Shown piece after piece: positions 15,447-24,987 of a stretch of 56,636 nucleotides of DNA. This DNA comes from Minisyncoccota bacterium (lineage in GTDB: Bacteria > Patescibacteriota > Minisyncoccia > Minisyncoccales > JAQTVQ01). A program made the translations under genes and the position numbers. The notes under the pieces were generated by a model. That model searched no databases. It worked only from the letters and a program-made list of their open reading frames with translations, and was not told the origin of the DNA. The stretch lies in NCBI GenBank assembly GCA_041657565.1, contig JBBABQ010000001.1, forward strand, positions 1 to 56,636. Direction: 5' to 3'. How positions within the stretch are numbered: position 1 is the first letter of the stretch; every line of letters begins with the position of its first letter.

Positions 15447-17135
15447 ATGTCGGAAGAAATCAAAGACCTTTTTCAAAGAGAAAACATCTTAACAATGAAA
15501 AAAGACTTGAGGAGGCTTGCCGAGTCCGAGACCGAGGTCAAAAAAGAGGAGATTTTAGGTATTAAAAAAGAGAAAAGAAAAGAAGCCTATGCTCCGCTGG
15601 CGCCGGCTCCAACCGTAGTTATCCCGGCTCCGCTGCCCGAAGAAGAGCCCATAATGGACGACGTACAAGAATTGTCGGCCAAATTCGATAGAATAAAAGC
15701 GAAGCAGGAAGAGAAAAACCAGGCAGAAAAGGAAAAGAGCCAGAAGAAAGAAGAAGAGAAAAAGAAAGAAGAAGAGGAAAGACTGATCGAGCAAAAAAAG
15801 GAGGAAGAAAAAAAGAAAGCGGAAGAAGCCGAACAGAAAAAGAAAGAAGACGAAAAGAAAAGGATCGACCAAGCTTTATCAGGGCCGGCCGTACCCGTCC
15901 CCCCGATCTGGCCGGACAGGCAAACCCCTCCAGCCCCTGTCGCAAAAGCGTCCGGGGACGGATATAAAGAATCCATCGAAGAAAGCGAAGCGGAAAAAGA
16001 ACCGACGCTGTTCGGAAATAAAAACCAGTCTCTGCCAAAGACAAAGATCCCCGTCCAGCCGCCGGCCCAGCCTGCCAAAACGGTCATAAAAGCCGAGGCA
16101 AAAACCCGCCAAAAGCCGCAAGAAGAGGAGACCAAAACTTCTCAACCCGAACAGGCGGCAAAAAAAGAGGCTGTTAAAAAAAATATCGAATCGGCCAAAC
16201 CGGAAGAGCCTATCGAGGACGAAGAAGGAATAGACGAAGAAGCCAAACAGATCCCGGTCGATCAAACGCCCAGCATGTCCAACGAGAAAGAATTCCTCGA
16301 ATTTTTAGATGAAAAAGAGAAAGCGATAGACAAAGAATCTTCAAAAATAATACAAGAAAAGATCCCTGTCAGATTAAGAGTGGACGATATCGCCAAAGAG
16401 ATAGAAAAAACCAAGCAAACCCAGCTTCAAAAAATATCCGCGGAAGAGCTGGAGATAGAAAAAAGACTCCGCCAGCTGGAAGATAAAGAAAAATCGACCG
16501 CCTCTACGGAAGAGAGAAGAAGCGCCGAGGCCGAAAGGCAGGAGATCGAGAACCAAAGGGAAGAGGTTGAAGCAAAAAGATACCAGGCAGAGGATTCCAT
16601 CGCCAACCTGGAGATCCAGTTAAGCGAATGCAAGGGAAATTACGCGCGCATAACCGAAAGAGAAAAAAAGCTTGCCCTAGAGAAAGAGAGCATCAAGAAC
16701 AAAAGGGAAGTATTTTCCCTGAAAAAAAGAAAATCTCAAGTGGAAGAAGAGAATGGGAAGGTCGAAGAAGAGTTGAACTCCCTTAGGAGCGACCTGTCAT
16801 CCGTTCTGAGAAGGAAAGACGAATCAGACGAGGCATTGAGCGGGATCAGTCAAAAAGAGGCCGAGATAGAATCTCAAGTATCCGTGCTGGAAGAGCAAGA
16901 GTCAAGAGCCGAAGAACCAAGCCTGCGCAGAGAGATCGAAGCCCAAAGGAAGATCTTGGCCGGCCAGCGCAAAGAGATCGAGAAGGAAAGATGGGTCGTC
17001 GAAGACAAAAACAAAGAAATAGGATCAAAAGAGAGCGAAATAAAACGGGAATACCAGAAATTGGCAAAAAAAGCCGAGGAGATAAAAAAAGAGCTTGAAA
17101 CCATTAATGACCGACTAAGCCAAATAAATGGCTAA
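15447..17135 (+). CDS. E/K-rich low-complexity coiled-coil protein, function unknown
   Basis: 562-aa ORF with no TM segment. It has long EEKKK runs, a Pro-rich segment and a heptad-like C-terminal half. The ORFs in the two other frames and on the antisense strand are low-complexity shadows. Confidence 0.6.
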   Translation: MSEEIKDLFQRENILTMKKDLRRLAESETEVKKEEILGIKKEKRKEAYAPLAPAPTVVIPAPLPEEEPIMDDVQELSAKFDRIKAKQEEKNQAEKEKSQKKEEEKKKEEEERLIEQKKEEEKKKAEEAEQKKKEDEKKRIDQALSGPAVPVPPIWPDRQTPPAPVAKASGDGYKESIEESEAEKEPTLFGNKNQSLPKTKIPVQPPAQPAKTVIKAEAKTRQKPQEEETKTSQPEQAAKKEAVKKNIESAKPEEPIEDEEGIDEEAKQIPVDQTPSMSNEKEFLEFLDEKEKAIDKESSKIIQEKIPVRLRVDDIAKEIEKTKQTQLQKISAEELEIEKRLRQLEDKEKSTASTEERRSAEAERQEIENQREEVEAKRYQAEDSIANLEIQLSECKGNYARITEREKKLALEKESIKNKREVFSLKKRKSQVEEENGKVEEELNSLRSDLSSVLRRKDESDEALSGISQKEAEIESQVSVLEEQESRAEEPSLRREIEAQRKILAGQRKEIEKERWVVEDKNKEIGSKESEIKREYQKLAKKAEEIKKELETINDRLSQING

Positions 17136-17260
17136 ACAACTGCTTTTCGTAAAAATTTTAATCAGATTCTTAATTCTAACAGTTTTCGGGGCTTTATTGG
17201 CCGCAATAATATTTTTTTTCAAAAAAATAGGCTAAGCCGATCATTTCCCCTTGATCCAAC

Positions 17261-17620
17261 ATGGAAAATAAGGAATTCATAGAAAAAATAAAAGCCGTGC
17301 TCCAAGAAAAGAAAACCTCCCTCGAAAAAGAGTTGAGCAGTTTTGCCAATGAAAGTCCTGAGGCGAAAAAAGACTGGCAGGCCCGCTTTCCGCAATTCCA
17401 AGGCAGCGGATTGGAAGATGCAGCGGACGAAGTGGAAGAATACGAAAGCCTCCTTTCGATAGAAAAAACCTTGGAGAAAAAGCTCAAAGATATAAATTCC
17501 GCCCTGGAAAGGATAGAGCAGGGGAAATACGGCATATGCGAAAAATGCGGAGCGGAAATATCCGTCCAAAGGCTGGAGGTCTGTCCCGAAGCCAGCTGGT
17601 GCTCGGAATGCATAAAATAA
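17261..17620 (+). CDS. DksA/TraR-family C4 zinc-finger protein
   Basis: 119 aa. The C-terminus is GKYGICEKCGAEISVQRLEVCPEASWCSECI. Confidence 0.8.
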   Translation: MENKEFIEKIKAVLQEKKTSLEKELSSFANESPEAKKDWQARFPQFQGSGLEDAADEVEEYESLLSIEKTLEKKLKDINSALERIEQGKYGICEKCGAEISVQRLEVCPEASWCSECIK

Positions 17621-17658
17621 AGGCCTTATTGTCGGCCGATAAAATAATTGTCTTAAAT

Positions 17659-17696
17659 ATTGCATTCCGCCGCTTTGGCGGAATGCAATTTTTAAA
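17659..17696 (+). terminator. Rho-independent terminator-like hairpin abutting the comM start
   Basis: There is a perfect 13-bp stem: attgcattccgcc (17659-17671) pairs with ggcggaatgcaat (17677-17689) around the loop gcttt. It is followed by ttttaaaatt, and the next ATG is at 17700. Confidence 0.7.
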
Positions 17697-17699
17697 ATT

Positions 17700-19238
17700 A
17701 TGCCGGTCAAAATATTCTCGGCCGCCCTGGTCGGCCTGGACGCGCAGATCGTTGAAGCTGAAATAGAGGCTTCTTGGGGTTTGCGCTGTTTTAATATTGT
17801 AGGACTGCCGGACAAGACCATCCAGGAATCCAAAGAAAGGATCGGAGCCGCCATCAACAGCTCCAAGCTGAAAAGCCCTTTATCCCAGCCGGCGAGAGTA
17901 CTGGTAAATCTTGCCCCGGCTGGCCTGAAAAAAGAAGGGTCCCTTTACGATTTGCCTATAGCCCTCGGCTATCTTTTGGCCTCGGGTCAGGCCAAATTCG
18001 ATCCTGCCGGGAAGATGATCCTGGGAGAACTCTCTTTAAGGGGAGACCTGCGGCCGATAAAAGGCGCTCTTATCGCCGCCTCGAAAGCCCTGTCGTGCGG
18101 ACTCAAAGAGATCATCCTGCCTAAAGCGAACGAAGAGGAAGCGGCGCTTGTAAAGGGCCTCCGAGTAATAGGGATTGGAACGCTGGAAGAAGCCCTGGCT
18201 TATTTGGAGGGCCGCATCCAGATCGAGCCGGCCGCGAGCTTCTCCGAAAAAGATCTTTCAGGTCCCTCGGGACAAAACCAAAACCAGATCGACTTGAACT
18301 GGATACAAGGCCAAGAGTCCGCTAAAAGGTCTTTGGAGATCGCCGCCGCCGGAGGGCATAATCTGCTGATGGAAGGTCCTCCGGGCACGGGAAAAACCTT
18401 GCTGGCCAAAGCTCTCGCTTCTATCCTGCCGCCCCTGGACCTTGACGAGATAATAGAGCTGGCCAAGATCTATAGCGCAAGCGGCCTTTTAACCCAAGAA
18501 AACCGGCCGGGACTGGGGATCCGTCCGTTCCGTTCTCCGCACCACACGGCCTCAGGAGCGGCCCTGATAGGCGGAGGAAGCCCTTTACTCCCCGGAGAGA
18601 TAACCTTGGCCCATAGAGGCGTTTTATTCCTTGACGAATTCCCTGAATTCCACCGGGACGTGCTGGAAAGCCTGCGCCAGCCCTTGGAAGAAGGAAGTAT
18701 TACCATTCTCCGATCCAACGCCCGCATCCGGCTGCCAGCCCGCTTTACGTTAGTGGCGGCGGCAAACCCTTGCCCTTGCGGGAACTACGGTAATCCTGAT
18801 AAACCCTGCTCCTGTTCTCCGGGACAAGTCCTCAAATACCAAAGAAAACTTTCCGGGCCGATCATCGACAGGATAGACCTGTTCATCAACGTTCCTCAAA
18901 TAAAATTCGACAAGCTGACCGCCAAAGAAGGGGAGGGGCAAAGCTCTTCGGCCAAATCCAGAGTTGGGCAGGCCAGAGCCGTTCAAAAAGAAAGGTTCAA
19001 AAACAAGCCGGGAAGGCTGACCAACAGCGAGATGACCGCTCCGGAGATAGAGGAATATTGCAAAGTCGGAGAAAGCTCAAAAGAGGTGTTGAAACAAATG
19101 GTAAATTCCGGCCGCCTCTCCGCCCGCAGCTACCATAAGGTCCTGAAGGTGTCCAGAACCATCGCCGACCTGGAAGGGTCCGAGGTAATAAAAAACTCCC
19201 ATTTGATGGAAGCTTTGATGTACCGGCAGAGGAGCTAG
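17700..19238 (+). CDS. comM: YifB/ComM-family Mg-chelatase-like AAA+ ATPase
   Basis: 512 aa, with Walker A GPPGTGKTLLAKAL, GVLFLDEFPEF and the Cys cluster CPCGNYGNPDKPCSCSP. Confidence 0.9.
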   Translation: MPVKIFSAALVGLDAQIVEAEIEASWGLRCFNIVGLPDKTIQESKERIGAAINSSKLKSPLSQPARVLVNLAPAGLKKEGSLYDLPIALGYLLASGQAKFDPAGKMILGELSLRGDLRPIKGALIAASKALSCGLKEIILPKANEEEAALVKGLRVIGIGTLEEALAYLEGRIQIEPAASFSEKDLSGPSGQNQNQIDLNWIQGQESAKRSLEIAAAGGHNLLMEGPPGTGKTLLAKALASILPPLDLDEIIELAKIYSASGLLTQENRPGLGIRPFRSPHHTASGAALIGGGSPLLPGEITLAHRGVLFLDEFPEFHRDVLESLRQPLEEGSITILRSNARIRLPARFTLVAAANPCPCGNYGNPDKPCSCSPGQVLKYQRKLSGPIIDRIDLFINVPQIKFDKLTAKEGEGQSSSAKSRVGQARAVQKERFKNKPGRLTNSEMTAPEIEEYCKVGESSKEVLKQMVNSGRLSARSYHKVLKVSRTIADLEGSEVIKNSHLMEALMYRQRS

Positions 19239-19243
19239 AGACT

Positions 19244-20302
19244 CTACTTGAAAGAAAGGGCGGAGCCCCAATTGTATTTAGCTAAAGGGTTGGCGGAACC
19301 GCGAGTTTCAAAATGCAAGTGGCATCCGGTGGCCCCGACGACATGGCCGGTATTGCCGATATAGCCGATCAACTGGCCCTGGGAAACTTCCTGGCCGACC
19401 GAAACCAAATTCCTGGAAAGATGGGCGTAAAGAGTGACCACGCTGTTCGGGTGGACTATCCTGATATAATTGCCGTAAGGCCAAGCGTTTGTGGAAACTT
19501 GGATCTTTCCGCCGGCAGACGCGTAAACAGGGGTGCCGCAAGGGCCGCCGACATCGACGGCGTTATAAACATGAAGGGTCTGGGTTATATGCCCGGTAGT
19601 GGGGATCATAAAGAAAGAGTTCGACAAAGCGACGCTTGCCGGCGAAACAACATTCTTAACCGGAGAAGAGACAGCAGCCGGGCTGATCTTTCCTCCCGGG
19701 ACCACCAAAATATCTCCCAACATAAGGTCTGCTCCGGCGTCCAGCTGGTTGAACGCTATAATATCGTCCTGACTGGAGGAATAAGATTTGGCCACTTTGG
19801 ACAAAGTATCCTTCTCTTCTATTATATGCATCACTCCCGAGATCGGAAGGATGACCAATTTTTCTCCCGGCTTTATGGAGGACCATTTTTTCAGATCGTT
19901 GGCCCAAAGGATCGTTTCAAGGCTGATATTGAATTTTTCGGCCAAGCTGGCCAGCGTGTCTCCCTCCTTTACGGTATACTGGATTATGTCCCTTTCCACT
20001 CTTTCGCTCTGGGAATCGGCCTCGGGCTCGCCGGACATCGATGCCAACGTTTGGGGGGCCGCAAAAACAGGAGAGGGCACGCTTTTTAAGCTGCTGCCCT
20101 CTAAAATAGCGTAAGGCTGGATGGTTTCGACCGAATCTTTGGCGCTTAAAAGCGACCCGGCAATATATTTTCCGGTATCGTTGCTGTCTTGAGTCTGGGA
20201 CGAGAGGTCATCCTTCGAGCTGGCCATTCCAAAAAAAGCCAAACTGGCAAATCCCCCCAAAAAACAAAAAAGAAGGCTTTTGTTTTTTAGGCCGTCTTTC
20301 AT
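19244..20302 (-). CDS. LysM-repeat / M23 family peptidoglycan metallopeptidase
   Basis: It has an N-terminal TM segment and two LysM repeats (YTVKEGDTLASLAEKFNISLETILWAN; HIIEEKDTLSKVAKSY). The M23 motifs are GNYIRIVHPN...LYAHL and GNTGHVVGATGCHLHFE. Confidence 0.85.
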   Translation of the reverse strand: MKDGLKNKSLLFCFLGGFASLAFFGMASSKDDLSSQTQDSNDTGKYIAGSLLSAKDSVETIQPYAILEGSSLKSVPSPVFAAPQTLASMSGEPEADSQSERVERDIIQYTVKEGDTLASLAEKFNISLETILWANDLKKWSSIKPGEKLVILPISGVMHIIEEKDTLSKVAKSYSSSQDDIIAFNQLDAGADLMLGDILVVPGGKISPAAVSSPVKNVVSPASVALSNSFFMIPTTGHITQTLHVYNAVDVGGPCGTPVYASAGGKIQVSTNAWPYGNYIRIVHPNSVVTLYAHLSRNLVSVGQEVSQGQLIGYIGNTGHVVGATGCHLHFETRGSANPLAKYNWGSALSFK

Positions 20303-20332
20303 TCCTCGTATGTTCAGACTCTTTAACGAAAA

Positions 20333-20362
20333 TTGGAAATATTTAGAAATACGCTATATAAT
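20333..20362 (+). promoter_or_regulatory. Candidate sigma70-type promoter for rsmA
   Basis: TTGGAA (20333-20338), an 18-nt spacer, then TATAAT (20357-20362), 19 nt upstream of ATG 20382. Confidence 0.35.
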
Positions 20363-20381
20363 TTAATGGTTTAGACCTCAA

Positions 20382-21224
20382 ATGTCAAGCAACTTATCCA
20401 CAATTCAACATACTAAGGATCTTTTGTCAAGATACGGAATACAGCCAAAAAAACAGTTCGGCCAGAATTTTTTAGTGGATAAAAACGCCGTTAAGGCCGT
20501 TATAGAAACCGGGCAGATCCAAAAGAGCGATACTGTTCTGGAGATCGGGCCGGGGATCGGCGTCCTGACCAAAGAGCTGGCTCTGGCCGCCGGAAAAGTG
20601 ATAGCGGTGGAGAAGGACCCGCAAATGGTCGAGATATTAATAAGCGAACTGGCCGATTCAAAGATAGGCAACGTGAAGATCGTCCAACAAGACGCTCTGG
20701 AATTCCTGGCCAGCGGCGGGGCGGACAGCCTCGGAGCCTACAAGGCGGCGGGAAACATCCCTTTTTATCTTACCTCCCACCTTGTAAGGGTCCTCCTCGA
20801 AACAAAGAACCAGCCTCAAAAAATAGTTTTCGTCATGCAGAAAGAGGTTGCCCAGCGGATCGCCAGCGTTCCACCGGACATGAGCCTGCTTTCCGCCTCG
20901 GTCCAATTCTATGCCCGGCCAAAAATCGGCGGTTACGTAAAAAGAGGCTCCTTCTGGCCCGCCCCGGACGTGGACGCGGCGATCATCGGGATAACCCCGG
21001 ACCAGCCGCAAAGAGACATCGACCGGGACCTTTTTTTCAAAATTTTAAAAGCCGGCTTCTCCCAGCCGCGGAAACAACTTATCAACAACTTATCAAAATC
21101 TTTGAAAGCTGATAAAATAAAGATCAACAATTGGCTTTTAAAAAATAACATCCAACCTGTCCGTCGGGCCGAAACATTATCGATGGGGGACTGGGTGAAT
21201 CTAACCAAAACCTCCGATGTTTAA
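20382..21224 (+). CDS. rsmA: 16S rRNA (adenine1518/1519-N6)-dimethyltransferase
   Basis: Motifs are FGQNFLVDKN and the SAM motif VLEIGPGIGVLT. Confidence 0.9.
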   Translation: MSSNLSTIQHTKDLLSRYGIQPKKQFGQNFLVDKNAVKAVIETGQIQKSDTVLEIGPGIGVLTKELALAAGKVIAVEKDPQMVEILISELADSKIGNVKIVQQDALEFLASGGADSLGAYKAAGNIPFYLTSHLVRVLLETKNQPQKIVFVMQKEVAQRIASVPPDMSLLSASVQFYARPKIGGYVKRGSFWPAPDVDAAIIGITPDQPQRDIDRDLFFKILKAGFSQPRKQLINNLSKSLKADKIKINNWLLKNNIQPVRRAETLSMGDWVNLTKTSDV

Positions 21225-23334
21225 CACAAACGGCAAAAAGATCTTTTGCTTAGTCGCAGCTCTTTCTTTTATTTTTCTCTTTTTCTTCACGCCGACCTGC
21301 AGCGCTTTTGACGTCGGCCAAGCGGTGCAGGGCGCCTGGGATTGGGGAGTCGGCGTCGTATCTGGCGGGTTAAAAGCCATAGGAAACAGCGCGAAAGCCA
21401 TAGGAGACGCCGTAGTCGGCGCCGCAATAACCGCCATCGGGGCCTTATTCATTGCGCTCAGCCTCGGGTTCCTTACTTTTTGCCACTCCGTATTGATGTG
21501 GGTGATAAGCCCGGACTTTTTAACCGTTCCCATAATAAGCAACGAATTCGTAAGGGGCGTGGGGCTGGCAATAACCATACCGCTCGCGAACATGGTCATC
21601 TTCCTCTCCTTGATAGCTATCGGACTGGGAACCGCTTTGAGGCTCGACAAATTCGATGCCAAAAAAAACCTGCTCCAGCTTCTTATGGTAGCTTTGCTTA
21701 TCAATTTCGCTCCCGTATTTTGCGGCGTCGTTATAGACGTCTCCAATATCTTGATGAACTTTTTTCTGGGAGGGGGAAGCGATGGCTTAGGATTTTTGGT
21801 AAACAATTTCAATAACGCGGCAAAAACGCAAAAAGTCGCCTGGGAAGTGGGCGCCGGAAACGGAGTTGCCGTCAGCCTGCTCGCCAACACCATAGCGATC
21901 GTCGCTTTCAATTGGACCGCCGGAGGGGCGTTCCTCCTTTTTGCCTGGCTATTCCTGCAAAGATACGTGGTCCTTTGGGTGCTTGTGATCCTCTCTCCGA
22001 TCATGGCTTCTTTTATGATCCTGCCCGCAACCAGGGGATGGTGGGAAAAATGGCTTGACCAATTTTTAAGCTGGTGCTTTATCGGGACCATAGCGTCTTT
22101 CTATCTTTACCTGGCCAACCACATGATAGATCTTATCGGCCATGGAAAACTGCTCGGAGGGGCGGGACAAGACCTGGGAGTAGTAGGATCGTCCCTGCTT
22201 TATCTTGTGCCTCTCATTTTACTGCATTACGGTTTCTTCAAAACAATGGAAAGCAGCGCCATCGGTTCCGGCGCAGTCGTCAAATTCGCCCAGACCAATA
22301 CAAAAAAGGCCAGGAACTGGGGATTCACAGCACCGACAAAATTAGCGGCCAAGACAGAGGTCGGAAGAAAAGTTACGAACGCCATAGCGGATGCCGACAA
22401 ATGGGGCCAAGGCAAAAAAGGTTTCGGGGGATGGGCTAAACGCTCTGTTGGAGGGGTCATCGGTTCTGCCGGGATTAAGATGGCCGACAAGCGAGATGAG
22501 CTGATGTCCGAAAAGGCCAAAAAGGCTGCAAAGATGAGCGACCGTCAAATCTCTCACGAACTAATGCACGGCCTTATGACTCCGGCAGAAAAGGCATTGC
22601 TCGTCTCGACCCTGATAAAAGATAAAGATAAAGACGTTCAGAAGAAGGGGAGAAAAGAAGTGGAAGGAAAGACGCTGGAACAGCTTGCAAAATGGGTAGA
22701 TGCGCTGAAAAAAGAAGGCCAAAAAGACGCGGCTCTGCCGATCTTCCTTGCGGCATCGGGCAAAAAGATCGCGGATGGCTCCAGAGCCATTGTCCCGGAG
22801 GATATCGGCTTTGACAATAAGTCCCAGCTAAGCGAAGAAGAGAGAGCTGAGTGGGACAAAAAGAAATGGAACAGCCAAAGCGATAAGGTTTGGAGTAATA
22901 AAGAGAATATAGAAAACGCCGCCGAGGGATTCTGGGAATCGAGTGCCGCGTCATCGGCCATACGCAATTTCTGGGGGTCCGAAGAAATGGGAGCGGCGAC
23001 CAAAAAGTTCAAAGAGCCTCTTGTCAACAGCATTAATGAAGGCACAAAAAACCTTCTCGAGAATATAGAGAATATAGAGACAACCGACCCTGTTCGGGCA
23101 GAAGAGTTGTTCAAGGAGTACGTCCGCAGGAATCCCAAGCTCGCCTCATACGGCGAATCGAGCGCCGGACAAGCGGCTGGGATAGTGTCCATGTGGGAAA
23201 GGGCTCCAAAAGCAATAAAAGACCAATATGACGAAAAGGCGAAAAATGGAAAAGGCTACGAAGGAAAAGGATATAAAAAATTCCTTTCCGACTTGGCCAA
23301 GACCCCTGCTCCCAAAAGCCCAAACACCCCTTAA
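21217..23334 (+). CDS. Large polytopic membrane protein with a ~330-aa hydrophilic K/E-rich tail; possibly a VirB6/TrbL-type analogue (speculative)
   Basis: 705 aa. The signal-like N-terminus is followed by at least 6 hydrophobic helices and a Gly/Ala-rich segment GGLKAIGNSAKAIGDAVVGAAITAIG. The start overlaps the rsmA stop by 8 nt (ATGTTTAA). The CDS call is solid; the functional call is weak. Confidence 0.6.
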   Translation: MFNTNGKKIFCLVAALSFIFLFFFTPTCSAFDVGQAVQGAWDWGVGVVSGGLKAIGNSAKAIGDAVVGAAITAIGALFIALSLGFLTFCHSVLMWVISPDFLTVPIISNEFVRGVGLAITIPLANMVIFLSLIAIGLGTALRLDKFDAKKNLLQLLMVALLINFAPVFCGVVIDVSNILMNFFLGGGSDGLGFLVNNFNNAAKTQKVAWEVGAGNGVAVSLLANTIAIVAFNWTAGGAFLLFAWLFLQRYVVLWVLVILSPIMASFMILPATRGWWEKWLDQFLSWCFIGTIASFYLYLANHMIDLIGHGKLLGGAGQDLGVVGSSLLYLVPLILLHYGFFKTMESSAIGSGAVVKFAQTNTKKARNWGFTAPTKLAAKTEVGRKVTNAIADADKWGQGKKGFGGWAKRSVGGVIGSAGIKMADKRDELMSEKAKKAAKMSDRQISHELMHGLMTPAEKALLVSTLIKDKDKDVQKKGRKEVEGKTLEQLAKWVDALKKEGQKDAALPIFLAASGKKIADGSRAIVPEDIGFDNKSQLSEEERAEWDKKKWNSQSDKVWSNKENIENAAEGFWESSAASSAIRNFWGSEEMGAATKKFKEPLVNSINEGTKNLLENIENIETTDPVRAEELFKEYVRRNPKLASYGESSAGQAAGIVSMWERAPKAIKDQYDEKAKNGKGYEGKGYKKFLSDLAKTPAPKSPNTP

Positions 23335-23340
23335 TGACAC

Positions 23341-23368
23341 AAAAACGGGACAAATGTCCCGTTTTTTA
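23341..23368. terminator. Bidirectional terminator hairpin between convergent genes
   Basis: The sequence is aaaa-acgggac-aaat-gtcccgt-tttttatt. It has a 7-bp GC-containing stem flanked by an A-run and a T-run. Confidence 0.7.
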
Positions 23369-23374
23369 TTACAA

Positions 23375-24778
23375 CTACCCTCCATATCTTTTCTTGTCAA
23401 AGTCCGTCAATATCTTATCAAGTTCAGCTCCCACAGAAGCGCCGCTAGAAGAGCCTGCCGGCTTCTTTTCTCTAACGCCAGCGTCAGCATTTTGCTTAAC
23501 CTCTTTTCTCTCTTCTTTCGGCTTTTCATCTCTTATTCCTTCCTCTCTCTTCTTCTCGGGAGCATCCTCTTCTTTGCTCTTCTGAACAGCGCCGGCCGGG
23601 CTCTTAAGATCCAACATCTTAAAAGCTCCAAGAGCACCCAAAATAGCTTTTTCCGCTCCTTCGGCGCCATTGATCCTAAGGTCCAAGTAAGCGTTCTTAT
23701 TCAGGGCCATCTGCCTGACGGTCATATCTCCAGCCATTTCCATAACCTTGCCCATCAACTCTTTATTTCCCACTATCTCTTTCTGCAGAGCTTCAGGGGT
23801 CTTCCCGCAAGCCTTGGCGACCATATTCATGAACAATCCCATGGTCCCGGCTGCGTTTCCTTCTGCCAATAAAAACGCTGCTCTCCTTTCTCCTTCAGCT
23901 TTGTTGATATTGGCATCCCTTTCTCCTTCGGATATCGTTACAGTTTTCTTCTTCGTCTGCTCGGCGGTATAAGGATCGGACAAAGACTTCTTGATCTCTT
24001 CGGGGAGTTCTATGCTCAATATCTGGATGCCGGACAATTCCACTCCGTAACTATCCAGCTTTTCCTTGACAAACCTTCTGTCTTCCTTGATTTTCTTTCC
24101 ATTTATTCTTGCCCTGAACACCTTATCCGTGATTATCCTTTCAAAAAAGATCCTTCCAAGGTCTCCCATTCCCGAGTTCAGCTCGTTCAAGGTATACTGG
24201 CCGATCAGGTCCCTGACCTGGTTGTTCAAGTCATTTACGGCCGTATAAGTCCAATTGGTAATATTGTACCTGGACTTTACGGGATTTTTAGCTCTCATCG
24301 TATACCCGATCTTTACCCTGAGAATGGTTGCCCCGTCTTTTGTGACCGCGGCATTTTCATTTGTTTCCCTTCTCGCGACCAATTCTGAATAGTAAACATC
24401 CGGGATCAGATAGATATAGTCCACCGGTCTCTCTTTGTGATGTTTCTTGTTTCCTTCCGAATCAACTGTGTCCCATTCCCAAGGAAAAATCTCCACGTAA
24501 TTAAGGGGGTCCAAACTGAAAATCTCAATTCCGCCCAAAAATTTCTCAGGATCTTTTTCTCCGGGGCCCAAGGGGACGACATCTCCTTTCTCATCCAGCT
24601 TGAATCCCTTATAGTTCAGCAAAACTTTGATGATCTGGCCTTCTCTTGAAATAAGTTTTGCTTGCCCGTTTTCCATCTTCGTTCCGAACCTTCTCCTTGA
24701 AAGCTCTGAAGGTTTTTTCATCAAAGTTACTTCTTTTTCCTGGCCGGTTTTGGCAGCGTCTTTTTCTGTTTCTTCCAT
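23375..24778 (-). CDS. SPFH/band-7 (prohibitin/flotillin-like) domain protein with extended N- and C-terminal regions
   Basis: 467 aa. The core is GVELSGIQILSIELPEEIKKSL...AEGERDANINKAEGERRAAFLLAEG. The tail is E/K-rich. Confidence 0.75.
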   Translation of the reverse strand: MEETEKDAAKTGQEKEVTLMKKPSELSRRRFGTKMENGQAKLISREGQIIKVLLNYKGFKLDEKGDVVPLGPGEKDPEKFLGGIEIFSLDPLNYVEIFPWEWDTVDSEGNKKHHKERPVDYIYLIPDVYYSELVARRETNENAAVTKDGATILRVKIGYTMRAKNPVKSRYNITNWTYTAVNDLNNQVRDLIGQYTLNELNSGMGDLGRIFFERIITDKVFRARINGKKIKEDRRFVKEKLDSYGVELSGIQILSIELPEEIKKSLSDPYTAEQTKKKTVTISEGERDANINKAEGERRAAFLLAEGNAAGTMGLFMNMVAKACGKTPEALQKEIVGNKELMGKVMEMAGDMTVRQMALNKNAYLDLRINGAEGAEKAILGALGAFKMLDLKSPAGAVQKSKEEDAPEKKREEGIRDEKPKEERKEVKQNADAGVREKKPAGSSSGASVGAELDKILTDFDKKRYGG

Positions 24779-24946
24779 ATTTATTTCTTAAAAGAACTCT
24801 CTCCCAGCCTTGGAGTCGACCGTGGCTGGAAAGATAATCCTTCTAAGGATTAATTTACAGCCTTTGGCTCGAAACCAAGACTTTTATATACTTTATCTTA
24901 TAAAATAATTTAATGATTTTGTCAACGGCAAACCGGCCCAAATTAA

Positions 24947-24967
24947 AACTCCCCAAAAAAGGGAGTT
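24947..24967 (-). terminator. Terminator-like hairpin downstream of the 24988-25665 gene
   Basis: aactccc and gggagtt form a 7-bp stem with a 7-nt loop. On the minus strand it is followed by ttaattt. Confidence 0.45.
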
Positions 24968-24987
24968 CTAATTTATAACGATCACCG

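Noticed and set aside
15555-16265. Multiple ORFs in other frames and on the opposite strand across the E/K-rich gene (15555-15872, 15587-16135, 15619-16044, 15879-16265).
   Set aside because: They are products of the GAA/AAG-rich repeat. Their translations are poly-F/L/S low complexity. Only the + strand 562-aa frame is continuous across the whole region.
23228-23872. + strand ORFs (23228-23872, 23334-23585) running from the end of the 705-aa gene into the SPFH gene tail.
   Set aside because: They cross the bidirectional terminator at 23341-23368 and are antisense to the E/K-rich SPFH tail. Their composition is low-complexity S/L/F-rich.
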